DNA of 64,000 bases from Eledone cirrhosa. Taxonomy: Eukaryota. Below, piece by piece: positions 25,041 through 38,289 of the stretch. A program made the position numbers and the translations under genes. The notes under the pieces are model-generated. The model was not told the DNA's origin. It saw only the letters and a program-made list of their open reading frames with translations, and ran no database searches. The stretch covers positions 6,076,001 through 6,140,000 of the forward strand of contig OZ024757.1 of the NCBI GenBank assembly GCA_964016885.1. Direction: 5' to 3'. The number at the start of each line of letters is the position of its first letter. Within the stretch, counting starts at the first letter, position 1.

Positions 25041-26494
25041 ATCGTTTGTTTGTTGTATTCTAGTTATGGTGTTTCACATGGAACCTTATATATATAACAC
25101 AGAGAAGTATAAAGTCCAAGTGAAAATATAAGACAACATATAATCTAATAAGAAGGTTAAAGAAAAGAAGGAAAAACAAGTGAAATGAAAGAGAAAGTTG
25201 AAAGGAAAAGTTAGAAAACAATCATTGAAATAATTATTCTACAAAGTGTTGTGTCTCATTTATAAAGTGTTTTCTATGTTGGCCAGCTAAAATCTTCCCT
25301 CACTCAATTGTATCAAGTTCATTAGTTAATCCTAACTTTCCTGTAAAAAATTACTGATTTCAACAACAACTTTTTGGCTAAAACCACCAACAATAACAAA
25401 TATGTTTGTTTCGAGAGAAGGAGTGAAGACCTCTATGTGGTTACTTGACCTGTTGGAAATAGCAGCCAAATTTCTTTCAGGTCACATACTTTCTTGAATT
25501 AGGAAAAGACAGTTTAAAGACAATCGGGAACTAAACGGGGTTTAGTTCCCTAATGCAATATATATCAGGATTGAGTATCCAAGTTTCATTTTGACATTTT
25601 ATTCGTAATCACGTGTAACACGTGTTTCGTGAATGTATTATATTTATTTCTCCTCCACTGTTTTTGATACATCTCAAAATTCTGTCTAGGCAGCCGTCCC
25701 TGCGGACGGGTTTTTTTAGGGCTCCCCTTAAGTCAACATAAGCAACACATACAACCATGTGCGACTACCCACCAAAAACAAGAAATCAATCACTGAAATA
25801 TCGACTTAAATAGTCCTTACAAACCTAAGGTAACACATCAAAAAGCCTACTTAGCCTTACCAGGACGAAAGCTAGGACATTCCACAATTTATTACTCATC
25901 TGAACGTTATTTCCATAATTATGTGGTTGGTACCAGTACATCTCTCAACAAGATTTCTGCTCTGTTAACCTGGCTTCCACACACTGAAGCATTAACACTG
26001 CAGTAACTCAACCACTCTTACAACGCGTGGGTTGTATTTACAAGTAAAAGAAAAGAAAACACGTAAAGATTAATTCAAACCCAAACAAAAAGAAAGATCT
26101 ATCGCCTTGCTTCTCCATATTTTTATTGAAGATTCTCATCCAACATCTGCTAACACAATAAGTTAGTTTCAGAAGCCCCAAGTTCGAGCAGTGATTCGGT
26201 AATCTTGGTAAAGTTAAACCTACATAAGTAGATATAATTCAGACTAAGGGTCAGACCTGTAGCAATTGAATGAATTTCTCCAACATTTAGCCGTTCATAT
26301 TATAGATCATCTTGCCTGTGTTGAAGTATGAAACCACAGAAGCATCACTATCGCAGCCTTGATCGTGGTTCAGTGACACTACATGCTCAACCCATCGGCC
26401 AACACCTCCTACCCAACCACCAACACAACACCCCACCTAAAGACAAGAACCTTACAGTTAGCAGCCCGACTCCCTCTCTTTTTATTTGTAATAT

Positions 26495-26660
26495 TATGAC
26501 GACGGTATGATTTGAGTTCAAATCCCTCCGAGGTTAACTTTGCCTTTTATCCTTACTGGGTCGATAAAATAAAGTACCAGTAATGCACTGGTGTTGATTT
26601 AATCTACTTTCCCCTCCCCCAAAATGGTTGGTCTTATACCTATATAAGGAACCAATATTA
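26495..26660 (+). mobile_element. SINE family 2 (5'-truncated)
   Basis: B box GAGTTCAAATCCC followed by TTTGCCTTTTATCCTTACTGGGTCGATAAAATAAAGTACCAG. Confidence 0.8.
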
Positions 26661-27028
26661 TCACCACGGTTATGTTGACAAATAAACTGTTTATTTAGAT
26701 TTTTAAAAATTTATTTTAACATTAATTTAGATCAATTATAATAATCTTCTTTCATAGACATTAAAATCAAACATAATTTAATCATACATTGTAGTTTTTA
26801 ATAAGTTAATAATTCATTGTATGTATATAAATATATAAAATATTTTATGTGCATAACTGTCCGTCTATATGTATACATGTATGTATAAAAATATATTTAC
26901 ATACATATATACATTTTCAGACGTATACACATAAGAGTATATATATATATATATATTCATATAAATATATATATATACACGTGTAGATTATTTAATGGAA
27001 TATATAAGATTATATATTTATAAATATA

Positions 27029-27096
<68 letters not shown>

Positions 27097-27100
<4 letters not shown>

Positions 27101-27643
27101 AGGTCACCAGTTGGTGCTACTGGTAACATGTGTCCCAGTACAACCTGTCTCATGGTCGGGTCATTGGCGACTAAACTGGCAACCCCACCAAGTTTTCTTG
27201 GTGAGGAGGGTGACCTTGGACATCCTGCAGGACTAAAAACAAAACCTGTCAAAGGGCAAAGGAGCTCTTAAGAGTCAATGGCCATCCAAAATCACCGGGA
27301 GAGATGACCCCTTAGCCTTTGTCAAGGCAGAATTCTAGGAGAAGGAAAACTCTGATATAACACCTGCAACCCTGATGGTATCCAATGATGTTGACTTGTT
27401 CTTCTTTTTGGTAAATATCATCTTGGTTAAGAGAGTGGGACTGGCTTTGTGCAGTGCCTTTGCTCACTATAAAAGCTTCACGGCACAGGCATTGCTTTAT
27501 ATCTGGAGATCTCTCTGCACTTGTCGTCACACGGTACCATGGGCCCAGCACTATGTGTCAATAATTGTCACAAGTGTAGTGTTTGTACCAGAGTTTTCAA
27601 GTCGCTGGCTGGACTCAAAAGTCACACTCGTTCAGCGCTTCGG
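27097..27643 (+). mobile_element. Probable internally deleted RTE/BovB-type element (5' UTR-like part joined to the C-terminal C2H2 region)
   Basis: CHKCSVCTRVFKSLAGLKSHTRS parallels CQACGREFRSLAGLKSHIRS of the RTE C-terminus at 41155-41520. Confidence 0.55.
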
Positions 27644-28972
27644 TATGTATGTGTGTGTATATATGTATATTTGTCTACGTCGCCATATATGTATGTATGT
27701 ATGTGTGTATATGTATATTTGTGTACGTCGCCATATATGTATGTATGTGTGTGTATGTATATTTGTGTATGTCGCCATATATGTATGTATGTGTGTATAT
27801 GTATATTTGTGTATGTCGCCATATATGTATGTATGTGTGTATATGTATATTTGTCTACGTCGCCATATATGTATGTATGTATGTGTGTATATGTATATTT
27901 GTGTACGTCGCCATATATGTATGTATGTGTGTATATGTATATTTGTCTACGTCGCCATATATGTATGTATGTATGTGTGTATATGTATATTTGTGTATGT
28001 CGCCATATATGTAAGTATGTATGTGTGTATTTGTATATTTGTGTACGTCGCCATATATATATGTATGTGTGTATATGTATATTTGTGTACGTCGCCATAT
28101 ATGTATGTATGTATGTGTATATGTATATTTGTGTATGTCGCCATATATGTATGTATGTGTGTATATGTATATTTGTGTATGTCGCCATATATGTATCTAT
28201 GTATGTGTGTATATGTATATTTGTGTATGTCGCCATATATGTATGTATGTGTGTGTATGTATATTTGTGTACGTCGCCATATATGCATGTATGTGTGTAT
28301 GTTTATATTTGTGTACGTCGCCATATATGTATGTATGTGTGTATATGTATATTTGTGTATGTCGCCATATATGTATGTATGTGTGTATATGTATATTTGT
28401 GTATGTCGCCATATATGTAAGTATGTATGTGTGTATTTGTATATTTGTGTACGTCGCCATATATGTATGTATGTGTGTATATGTATATTTGTGTACGTCG
28501 CCATATATGTATGTATGTATGTGTATATGTATATTTGTGTATGTCGCCATATATGTATGTATGTGTGTATATGTATATTTGTGTATGTCGCCATATATGT
28601 ATCTATGTATGTGTGTATATGTATATTTGTGTATGTCGCCATATATGTATGTATGTGTGTGTATGTATATTTGTGTACGTCGCCATATATGCATGTATGT
28701 GTGTATGTTTATATTTGTGTACGTCGCCATATATGTATGTATGTGTGTATATGTATATTTGTGTATGTCGCCATATATGTATGTATGTGTGTATATGTAT
28801 ATTTGTGTATGTCGCCATATATGTATGTATGTGTGTATATGTATATTTGTGTATGTCGCCATATATGTATGTATGTGTGTATATGTATATTTGTGTATGT
28901 CGCCATATATGTATGTATGTGTGTATATGTATATTTGTGTATGTCGCCATATATGTATGTATTTGTGTATAT
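27644..28972. repeat. 44-48 bp minisatellite, about 30 units, with a 406-bp higher-order duplication
   Basis: Unit GTCGCCATATATGTATGTATGTGTGTATATGTATATTTGTGTAT; variant units recur 406 bp apart. Confidence 0.95.
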
Positions 28973-28979
28973 GACCACA

Positions 28980-31613
28980 AACATGTTTATTTAACTCTAC
29001 TGGGATGAAAGAATGGTATTTAACTAATGTATTGGTACGTGATGGGGCCCACCCACAGCCCCGGGGGACGGAATGGAGAAGGCGTTTCCCCGGAGGACGG
29101 CAAGGGAGACGCGCTGGAAAAGCCACTCCAACTCGCGGGGCTCACACCAACGGCTGGCCAGCTCAGCGCCTATGGTGGTGAGTAAGGAGGTAGCCCTGGG
29201 GCCGAGGACACCAGAAGTCTCCACTGCCAGGGGTACGACCGCAAACCTGTCGGAGAGCGACCGGTATTTGAGGAGTTTGGTCCCCTCAGCCCGACGTGCA
29301 GCAGAACTTGGGTCAGTCGCAGACTGCACCAGGTTGCGGCTGCAGAAAGAGTCGGTGCAAGTGGCATGCCAGACGAGGGGTTTGCCACCGCGGAACGGGA
29401 AGATGGTCATGCCATCTGGCCTTTTGCCGTCCCCTCGATCCAGCCCCACCGGCTCGAGCTGGGAGGGGAAGCCTGCAGCGTCCAAGCCATGCTTAATAAC
29501 CTCGTTGAGGGCAGTATGGCGTAGAATGCGGCCGGCATTGTGGCGACAGGAAAGCGGGTGGAGGCCGAAAGAGTCCACGGTGGAACCGCAGCGACATTGG
29601 TGTGAGGCCGAGCCTCAGGGAAACGCCGATGCGCAGGCTATGGTTATCCAGCTGTGTGCCAGTGCAGAAGGAGGGCAGAGCATGGCACCACTGTGGAGTT
29701 TGGAGGCCGTACGAAAACAAGCAAGGCGGTGCTGGTCGAGCTGGTGCGTGAGCCTGTCTGAGGCCAGGCTGCACTGGATGGCATCCCAAGTGCGTTGCGG
29801 GGACTTTAAGTCAACAGGGGGAGAAGGAGGAGGGACGTCTACTGGGCTAAGTCCTAACCGGTCCCACGTCTCACAGGCGGCCTCACGTTCTCTGAACACA
29901 GAGGGTTCTGTTGTGTTTTGAAAAACCCTGCTGACGAGGTTACCGACGAAAGATACGCCGGCAAAGCTACTGAGATCGGGGACTGGAGGCCTAGGCCGCC
30001 ATACCTGAGCGGTAAAGTGGCCTGTTGCCACCCTATGTCGTTAAACTTGACGTTGCATATCCCCTCGGCTGCTGCTCGGATACAAGTATCGAGGTCAGCG
30101 AGGAGAGATGCCTGGGTGTAGCATGTAGCGCTGCGGAGTGTATAGAGCAGCTTCGGCATGGCGAAGCAGTTCCTCAGCAGAAAGAGAGCTGGGTGGACGT
30201 CAATCAAGCCCAGTCGGCTCGTGAGAGTCTGGAGCTGTTGAAGCCTGGACCTGATGGTGGAGTGGATGGCTGGCGAGTGGATCGGTGACCCGAGGATGAG
30301 GACATCCTCTTTGGGGGGTCACCTGAACCTGGCGGAGAATGGATCGCACGTCCAAGACGGAGGCTGCAAAGCTCACAGCATCGAGGCTGACGTTCACCAC
30401 CTCCGACTTGGCCGAGTTGATCTGGAGGCCGATTCCCGCCAGGGAAGGAATCACCAATTGAAGGTCATGGCAGACCATCTGTACGGGCCCGCCCAACGTA
30501 GCATCATCCTGATACCAAACGTTGAGAGGGGCCGTGATACTCCGGGCGATGTGGTCAATACCAAGGGCGAACAGGAGGGGTCCCAAAAGGTCGCCCTGTG
30601 GGACCCCAGTAGCCGAGGATATGACCGTATCAGCAGCTAGGAGCATGCTCGGGGCTCCATATGACAGGTAGACAGTGGGGGCTCAGCTGAGGCATGTCTC
30701 GAGCTGATGATCCCGGCGTAAAGAGTTAAAGGCATTCCTCATGTCAAGCTTGACAATGAGGTGCCTGGAGTCCCTGGATGCCGGTACCGATGGGCAGCTG
30801 CTGAAGAACTGCCTGATTGCATGAGAGTCTCCCTCACAGCCACCGGACACGCCGACACCCAGTTGCACCGGAATAAACTCCTCACCCAGTTCGTGTGTGA
30901 CGGACTTGCAGGTCACCTTGGCAGCCAGCCTCCGGAAGACATTGCCCACAGCAATGGGGCGTATGCCACCCTCTTTCTTCCTGAGAGAGGTGAGGCTGGC
31001 CGAAAAAAAGAGGGCTCGGGCGTAAGGGTCGAGGGAACCATGAATGAGCCTATTGGTGAGCGTCACAATTGCATTCAGAAGGCGGTGCCCGGCCTCAGCA
31101 GAGAGGGGGGATGTCAACTCCTTGTGGTGGCTTGGTCGGAGACCATCAACACCTCCGCTGCTGCTAGCTGGGAAGGACCTGATAGCGGACATGATATCTG
31201 CATCAGTAGCCACAAGGAGCAAGTGGGGGTCGGGTGGGGGTATGGGTCTGAGATCAGTGGGTAGATCAGGGTGTTTGAGCCGCAGAGCAGCCAGGACCTC
31301 CTCGGTGGGTTGGAGGACAGTGTCCTCTGAGGCAACAACTTTGATTGCGGCCGAGACATCACCCATGATAAGCTTTGCGTTTACCTGGTCACGCAAACGC
31401 TTGGCGCTGGCCTCGGGGGTGGTGGAGAGGAGCTAGCTGAGGTTGGGGTGTATGGCGTCCCTGGGCACGCTTGGAATGGGCGCTCGCCCAAATGACGAGG
31501 CATTGGCCTTGACGAAGGCTGCTGTTAACCGGTCAGCACCAGAGCTGGGGCGGCCGAGGGCGAATGGGGCGAAATAGAACAACCACTCCCAGTCACTTGT
31601 TCGATTGGAGTCC
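28980..31613 (-). mobile_element. 5'-truncated, frameshifted CRE-clade non-LTR retrotransposon (RT, zinc knuckle, restriction-like endonuclease)
   Basis: KKEGGIRPIAVGNVFRRL, KLDMRNAFN, GVPQGDLLGPLLF, WYQDD, LPLRYGGLGL, CRC...HPLSC...RH, RPDG and K..KY motifs across five frames; minus-strand AATAAA at 28986-28991. Confidence 0.88.
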
Positions 31614-31912
31614 TTGTAATGGAACTCTTAGTAGACACAATTGTAAAGTAAGAATAGATATGACAGTGTAAGACTGATGTCGGGGAGAGAAAATTGTGTG
31701 TATCGTCTTCCTGTCTTCCTCCGGTTGCAACCTTTTTTTGAAATATCCAGTTCTGCGTTTACAGATTGACTTTGTTAGTTTCAGAAGATCCCGTTAAGGG
31801 TGAAAGCAGCGATTCTTTGCTTAAACTTTAATCTGTTATTTTAATAAATATATATATATATATATATAATTGTTACACAAGAGATATAATTAGATTAATT
31901 AAAGTTATAATG
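31614..31912 (-). repeat. Truncated leader-cassette copy containing an inserted fragment (31703-31820)
   Basis: Matches 24463-24602; the insert is an inverted homologue of 40299-40412. Confidence 0.8.
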
Positions 31913-32052
31913 GTTTCTTATTTAGGCACAAGGCCTGCAATTCGGGGGGAGGGGAAAGTCGATTAAATGACCTCAGTGCGTGACTGGTACTTTATTTTAT
32001 CGACCGCGTAAGGATGAAAGGCAAAGTTAACCTCGGCAAGATTTGAACTCAG
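31913..32052 (-). mobile_element. SINE family 2, head truncated
   Basis: Same family and same insertion point in the cassette as 61913-62096. Confidence 0.8.
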
Positions 32053-32238
32053 ACCAAATAATGATTTCATTTATTGGCCACAAGGGCCGACTCTCAGACC
32101 AAATAATAAAGACAGTCATGATAACAATAACCTGAAATATAGGATTACGTCGAGTGCTCTCCCTAATATTACATCAAGGTTGACTATACGGAATGACCAG
32201 TTCTATCCAGTGGTGAACCAACAAACCTAAATGTATAA

Positions 32239-32314
<76 letters not shown>

Positions 32315-32319
<5 letters not shown>

Positions 32320-32699
32320 CAAGAGGGAGAATGATATTCTGACGGTCTTCCAGTTTATTACGAAGTCTGTACAAAAGATTTAATGTTGATTGTATAACTA
32401 AACTTTGGAGATTTAAAGAAAAAAAAACTAAGTTGTAATGGATAATATCACTGCTATTTCTAGCAGTTAGAGAGACTACGTAGAGGTTTTCTTATTGATG
32501 TATAATTGATATTTTACTGACTGATACTTTCTGATTTACAATCAATTAAATACGATTCGAACTGTGTCTGCAGGTATTAAATTATATCAGTTACTTTTAA
32601 GGTATGACACCGGTACAAGAGTTGAAACATTCCCAACGACACCGGGTACCCGCTGTCTTCATTATAACTTTAATTAATCTAATTATATCTTGTGTAACA

Positions 32700-32731
<32 letters not shown>

Positions 32732-33292
32732 ATTTTAATTCCCGGACATCAGTCTTACACTGTCATATCTATTCTTACTTTACAATTGTGTCTACTAAGA
32801 GTTCCATTACAATCTGTAGTAGTAAACCTACTATTTCACCAGAACATCTGCTATCAGTCATTTATAGACAATATATATATTTTAGACCACATATCAACCT
32901 AATATATATATATTTCCTATCTAATCTGTAGCTAAAGACATAAAGTCAGCCTCACTACTTCATTCTGACAAGATATCAATTTATGACTAAAGATGAAGAA
33001 GATACACCAACGTTAATGTCGTGAAATAAAGCTGATAACATTGAAACTTCTAATTTGATAAAGAGATTATTTCTTTGGTTGTTTAGTAAAAACTAACAAC
33101 ACAACACATTGATTATATGTGAAGGAGATAAGTTGACAAAGATTTACTTAATGTCTATATTAATGTGTGTAAATAATATAATGATGTGAACCTTACAACG
33201 ATCCAGTAATTAACCAGATTCCACTGTTACATGTGATAGAAAATATATTGTTATCATGACTGTCTTTATTATTTAAATTACCTCCGTCTATT
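32315..33292 (+). repeat. Inverted leader-cassette copy with a mutated splice donor
   Basis: Reverse complement of about 23870-24915; donor reads GAAGGAG|ATAAGT (G>A at 33128). Confidence 0.85.
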
Positions 33293-33539
33293 TAATTATG
33301 TGGTTCACTACCTTACATTATAAAATATAGTTTATATTTAGCTATACTTTGTTATTGCTTTAAATAAATTAAAGCTATATTTATTATCTAAATTACCTCC
33401 GTCTATTTAATTATGTGGTTCACTACCTTACATTATAAAATATAGTTTATATTTAGCTGTACCTTGTTGTTGTTTCAGGGAAGTTTTGTTCGTTTTAGTC
33501 TAAATCTATTCTGATTTAATTTACTTCATCCACATCATC

Positions 33540-34345
33540 ATAGTTTTACGTCCGTTTTTCAATCCTGGCATAGGTTCGATGGGTCCTTTTAAGCACAACA
33601 TCTCCCCACTCGCTTGTTCCTTCGTTATCTCCACTGTGAGTCTCAGCAATTTGAGATCAGCTCTCACCACATCTACCCTGGTCTCCCTCTAATATGGCTT
33701 CCCTCTTCTGGTATTCCGTGGCACTTCTTTAACCAGTGATCACCATCCATGGATATCACATGTCCCTACCAAAGCAGTCTTCTCTCTTGCACACCACTTA
33801 GGTTTCCTCTGAAGTCCAAATTCTTCCTCAATTTATCCCAGCTCTGATTTCCTCTCACATTTACGTTGCACATCCAACGAAGCATGGTTGCTCCATTCCT
33901 CTCCACCTAGATAGCGGAAGCTATCATTGTGTACAGTTTATGCCTACTCCTTTCCTACATATGCTGTAGGGTCACTTATTCTCTAGTTCTTTTATGGAGT
34001 CAGCTATAAGGACCAGATCATTCACATAGACTGTTTCCCGTGAACGGCCAGTCTTAAACCCATTGGTTATGGCCTGGAGAACTATGAAGAACAGCAGTGG
34101 GTTGTGAACTGAACCATGATGAACACCTACCTGTACATTGAATTCTTCACTAAACTCCCTTCCTACTCTCACTTTACTGACAGCTCCTCTGTACATGGCT
34201 TGCACTGCTCTCACAAGCCATTCTTCACCTAAATTTCTGAAGGACCAGCAGATAACAGAGTGAGGTACTCTGTCAAAGGCCTTTTCTAGATCTATAAAAG
34301 CTAAATATTGCAGTTTAATCTTGGCTAGGAACCTCTCTTGTAGTT
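33540..34345 (-). mobile_element. Degraded RTE LINE fragment
   Basis: FIDLEKAFDRVP and GVHHGSVHNPLLF; RTE-type tail near 33540. Confidence 0.85.
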
Positions 34346-34399
34346 GTGTCACTAACAAGTTTCATCAGTAATTCCAAAGAGAATGTCAATTATATGTGT

Positions 34400-35525
34400 G
34401 TGTGTGAGATGAACATAAAACAAAAGACTACCTTGAGGAGAAGAATGTGGAAGTTGAAGGACCCCAAAGCCAGTCACAAATTTAAAAGCTTATTACTTGA
34501 TGCTTTTGACAGTAAGGAAGAGCAATTAGAGATGTACAATATAGAGGAACAGTGGAAATTCTTGAAAGCGACAGATTTCATCTGTGGCTGGAGCAGACCT
34601 ATAGGCGGGAGGAGAGTAACTTGGTGGTGGAACAGTAAGGTGGAGGAGATAATCAAGGCCAAAAAGCAGGCTTGGAAAGTATGGCAGGATGGGCGTAGTA
34701 GAGAGCACTAACAAGTGGCCAGGAGGGAAGCTAGGAGACAAGTGTACCTTGCAAAGAGGGAAGCAGAGGATAGAAAGATCAAGCATTTTCTACAACAAGA
34801 GGACCAAAAACGTGAGGTGTTCAGGATTGCGAGGCAATGTGTGAAGGAAAATTGTGATATTGTCAGAGAGAAGTGAGTCCGTCATGATAATGGTGTACTT
34901 GGCCTCACTGATACTGATAAGAAGATAGCTTGGAAGTGTCACTACGAGAGGCTACTAAATGAGGAGAATAAATGGGAAAAAGATAGTCTGCAACAAATCG
35001 ATGCAATAGAGGGACCAGCAGTGCAAGTTAAAGGTAGAATAATAAGTAAGGCAATCGAAGATATGAAGACAGGCAAGGCAGCTGGCCCTTCGGAGATAGT
35101 GCTGAGATGTTAAAGGCATCTGGTATGGTGGGACACACTATGGTCACCCAGATAGTAAACCAAGTAATACAGAATGGGGTCATACCAAAGGACTGGTGTA
35201 GCAGTCATTAACTGTAAAGGGGATGCTCTAGATAGGGGAAACTATAGAGGCATTAAGTTAGTTGACCAGGTCATCAAGGTCACAGAGGGCAAATTGATCT
35301 AGATGAAATGCAGTTTGAGTTTGTGTCGGGTAAAAGTACCACAGACGCTCTTTTCCTTGTACGACAACTACAGGAGAAGTACCTAGCTAAAAGTAAACCC
35401 CTCTACTTAGCTTTTGCAGACCTGGAGAAAGCCTTTGACAGAGTCCTCCACTCCATTATCTGGTGGGCTCTTAGAAAACTAGGTGTATAATGAATGGCTT
35501 ATGAGAGCTATACAAGCCATGTATA
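34400..35525 (+). mobile_element. Degraded RTE LINE fragment (endonuclease-RT linker and RT start)
   Basis: TWWWN..V...IKAKK.AWK and MQF.FV.GKSTTDALF...DLEKAFDRV. Confidence 0.85.
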
Positions 35526-35585
35526 TATGTATATATATACAAATGTATATATATATGTACGTATATATGTATATATATGTATGTA

Positions 35586-36840
35586 TCATCATCATCATCT
35601 TCGTTTAACGTCCATTTTCCACGCTAGCATGGGTTAGACGGGAGTTGTCCCACTTGAGGCAAGGTTGGTCGGGTGACCGTGTCTAGCTCATATAGGACTA
35701 TCTGGCAGGTTTTCTACGGCTGGATGCCCTTCCTAACATCAACCACATTTACAGTGTGGAACTGGGAACTTTTTACCGTGTTACCTACACGGCCACATTA
35801 CAGCGTGGACTGTGTGTTTTTTTTAGGATACCTACATGATCTCATTATCTCATTTATTTGGACTGGATGTTGTGGTACCAACTTTAAAGAAAGAGGGTGG
35901 TGTTGGTGGGAGTGGGAGGATAGGGTAGGGGTAGTGGATTGGAGTGTATATTTGGTTATGAGGTGCCTACGGATTGTAGGTTTCGCTTTGTACATAGGGA
36001 AGGCGGGTCTTCTGTATTACTGCGTAGCGCCAAAGATCTCGGTCCAGTGACATTGTCTTAGAGAGGTGCAAGTGTGTAATGTCGGAATTTATCAGATCGT
36101 CCTAGGTTTTTCTGGGTCAACCTACTCCGTAACTACCATCAATTTTGATCGCCCTGCACTTTTTTATACAGCTGTCGTCTTTCATGCGCATCACGTGGCC
36201 ATACCAACATAGTCTTCTCTCGAGTAAACAGTATCTGATCCCTCTTATTCCTAATTTCTCACTTAGTTTATTTATGCTTTGCCGTTCACGTATATTACTA
36301 TTACACATCCGACGGAGCATGCATGCTTCGTTCCTTTCCAGTCTACGCAGGTGCTCTTCACACAATGCCCATGTCTCACTGCCATGTTGCATTGCTGGTC
36401 ATATACAAGCATCATACAGCCTGCCTTTCATTTTTAGAGAGAAACATCTTGTGGCCAACAGCGGTATAAGCTCTCTGAACTTTTTCCATCCCGTTCTGAC
36501 TCTGGCTACTGTATTTTCAGAACACCCTCCACTACTGCTGATTTCGTCACCCAGGTAACGGAATGTGTCTACTATTTCTATAGAACCATCTGGGCAATAG
36601 AAGGAGCTAGTATCCTGTGGACACTTGCTACTTATTGCACCTGAGCATCGGCCACATATAAAGTCTACGTTCTTAGATAGTTAACCTGTGATCCCACTAC
36701 ATCTTTTATGTACCCATACTTTGCATTTGGGATATAAAATTTAATTTCTGCCTACTCCTTTCCTACACACTGAGCATGGCCATTTCCCTGAGGGTACCTG
36801 TGCCTTATTTTCTTTTCTACAAACTAGGACTTTAATCTTT

Positions 36841-36842
<2 letters not shown>
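35586..36842 (-). mobile_element. RTE LINE 3' portion including the PHD-insert remnant and tail
   Basis: HGSETW...RRLCWYGHV; KWPCSVCRKGVG near 36750-36790; 3' tail with (GAT)n. Confidence 0.85.
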
Positions 36843-36890
<48 letters not shown>

Positions 36891-36893
<3 letters not shown>

Positions 36894-38105
36894 TCATCGT
36901 TTAACGTCCATGTTCAATGCTTGCATGGGTTTGGACGGGAGTTTTCCCACTTGAGGCAAGAGTGGTTGTCTTGCTCGCATAGGACTGTCTGGCGGGTTTT
37001 CTACAGTTGGATGCCCTTCCTAACACCAACCACATTTACAGTGTGGGGCTGGGAGGTTTTTACCGTGTTGCCTACACGGCCACATTACAGCGTGGACTAT
37101 CTGGCGGGTTTTCTACAGCTGGATGCCCTTCCTAACACCAACCACATTTACAGTGTGGGACTGGGAGGTTTTTACCGTGTTGCCTACACGGTCACATTAC
37201 AGCGTGGACTGTGTGTTTTTTTGTCGTGACACCTACACGATCTCATTTGTTTCGGCCTGGATTTTGTGGCACCAACATAACTTTACATTGAAAGGGGCGG
37301 TGTGAATGGGGTGGGGGTGGTGGGACGGGGGTGTATTTTGTTAGAGATGCCTACTGACTGTAGTAGGTTTTACTTTGTATTTAGGTAAGGCGGGTCTTCT
37401 CTATTACTGAGTACCGCCAAAGCTCTCGGTCCAGTGACATTGTCTTGGAGAGGTGTAAGTGTGTGAGGTCGGAATTTATCAGCTCGTCCCAGGTTTTTCT
37501 GGGTCTGCCTACTCCGTGGCTACCGTCTATCTTTATTGCCCTGCACTTTGCTATACAGCTGTCGTCTTTCATGCGCATCACGTGACCATACCAACGTAGC
37601 CTTCTCTCGAGTAAACAACATCTGATCCCTCTTATTTCTAATTTTTTCCTTAGTTCGTTTATGCTTTGCCGTTCGCGTATATTACTATTACACATCCAGC
37701 GGAGCATGCAAGCTTCGTTCCTCTCTAGTCTGCGTATATCCTCTGCACACAATGCCCAGGTCTCACTGCCATGCAACATTGCTGTTCGTATGCAGGCATC
37801 ATACAACCTGCCTTTCATTTTTAGGGAGAACCCTTTAGCGGCTAATAGTGGTATAAGCTCTCTGAACTTTTTCCATCCAGTTCTGACACTAGCTACTGTA
37901 CTTTCGGAGCACCCTCCCCCACTGCTGATTTTGTCACCCTGGTAACGGAAGCTGTCCACTATTTCTATAGAACCCTCTGCGCAGTTGAAAGAGCTAGTAT
38001 TTTGTGGGCACTTGCTGCTACTTATTGCACCAGAGCACGGGCCACATGTAAAATCTGTATTCTTAGTTAGCTTACCTGTGATCCCACTACATCTTTTATG
38101 CACCC
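36891..38105 (-). mobile_element. RTE LINE 3' portion (240-aa ORF remnant plus tail with internal duplication)
   Basis: HKRCSG...FTCGPC...VDSF.Y.G...[10 protein letters not shown]...GRPRKTW. Confidence 0.9.
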
Positions 38106-38289
38106 ATATATATGTATATATATATATGTATATATATATGTATATATATATGTATATATATATATATGTATATATATATGTATATATATATGTATATATA
38201 TATGTGGATATATATGTATATATATATGTGTATATGTATATATATATGTGTATATATATGTATATATATATGTGGATCAGGTTATGAAA

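Noticed and set aside
25695-25718. Rho-independent terminator-like hairpin plus T run
   Set aside because: Eukaryotic non-coding context with no bacterial gene upstream.
27375-29126. Multiple Cys/Tyr/Val/His-rich ORFs (also 22131-23067, 4181-4621, 59570-60184)
   Set aside because: Artefacts of TA/TG microsatellite-derived repeats that are open in several frames.
29073-29921. 282-aa plus-strand ORF and neighbouring plus-strand ORFs
   Set aside because: Antisense shadows of the GC-rich CRE element.
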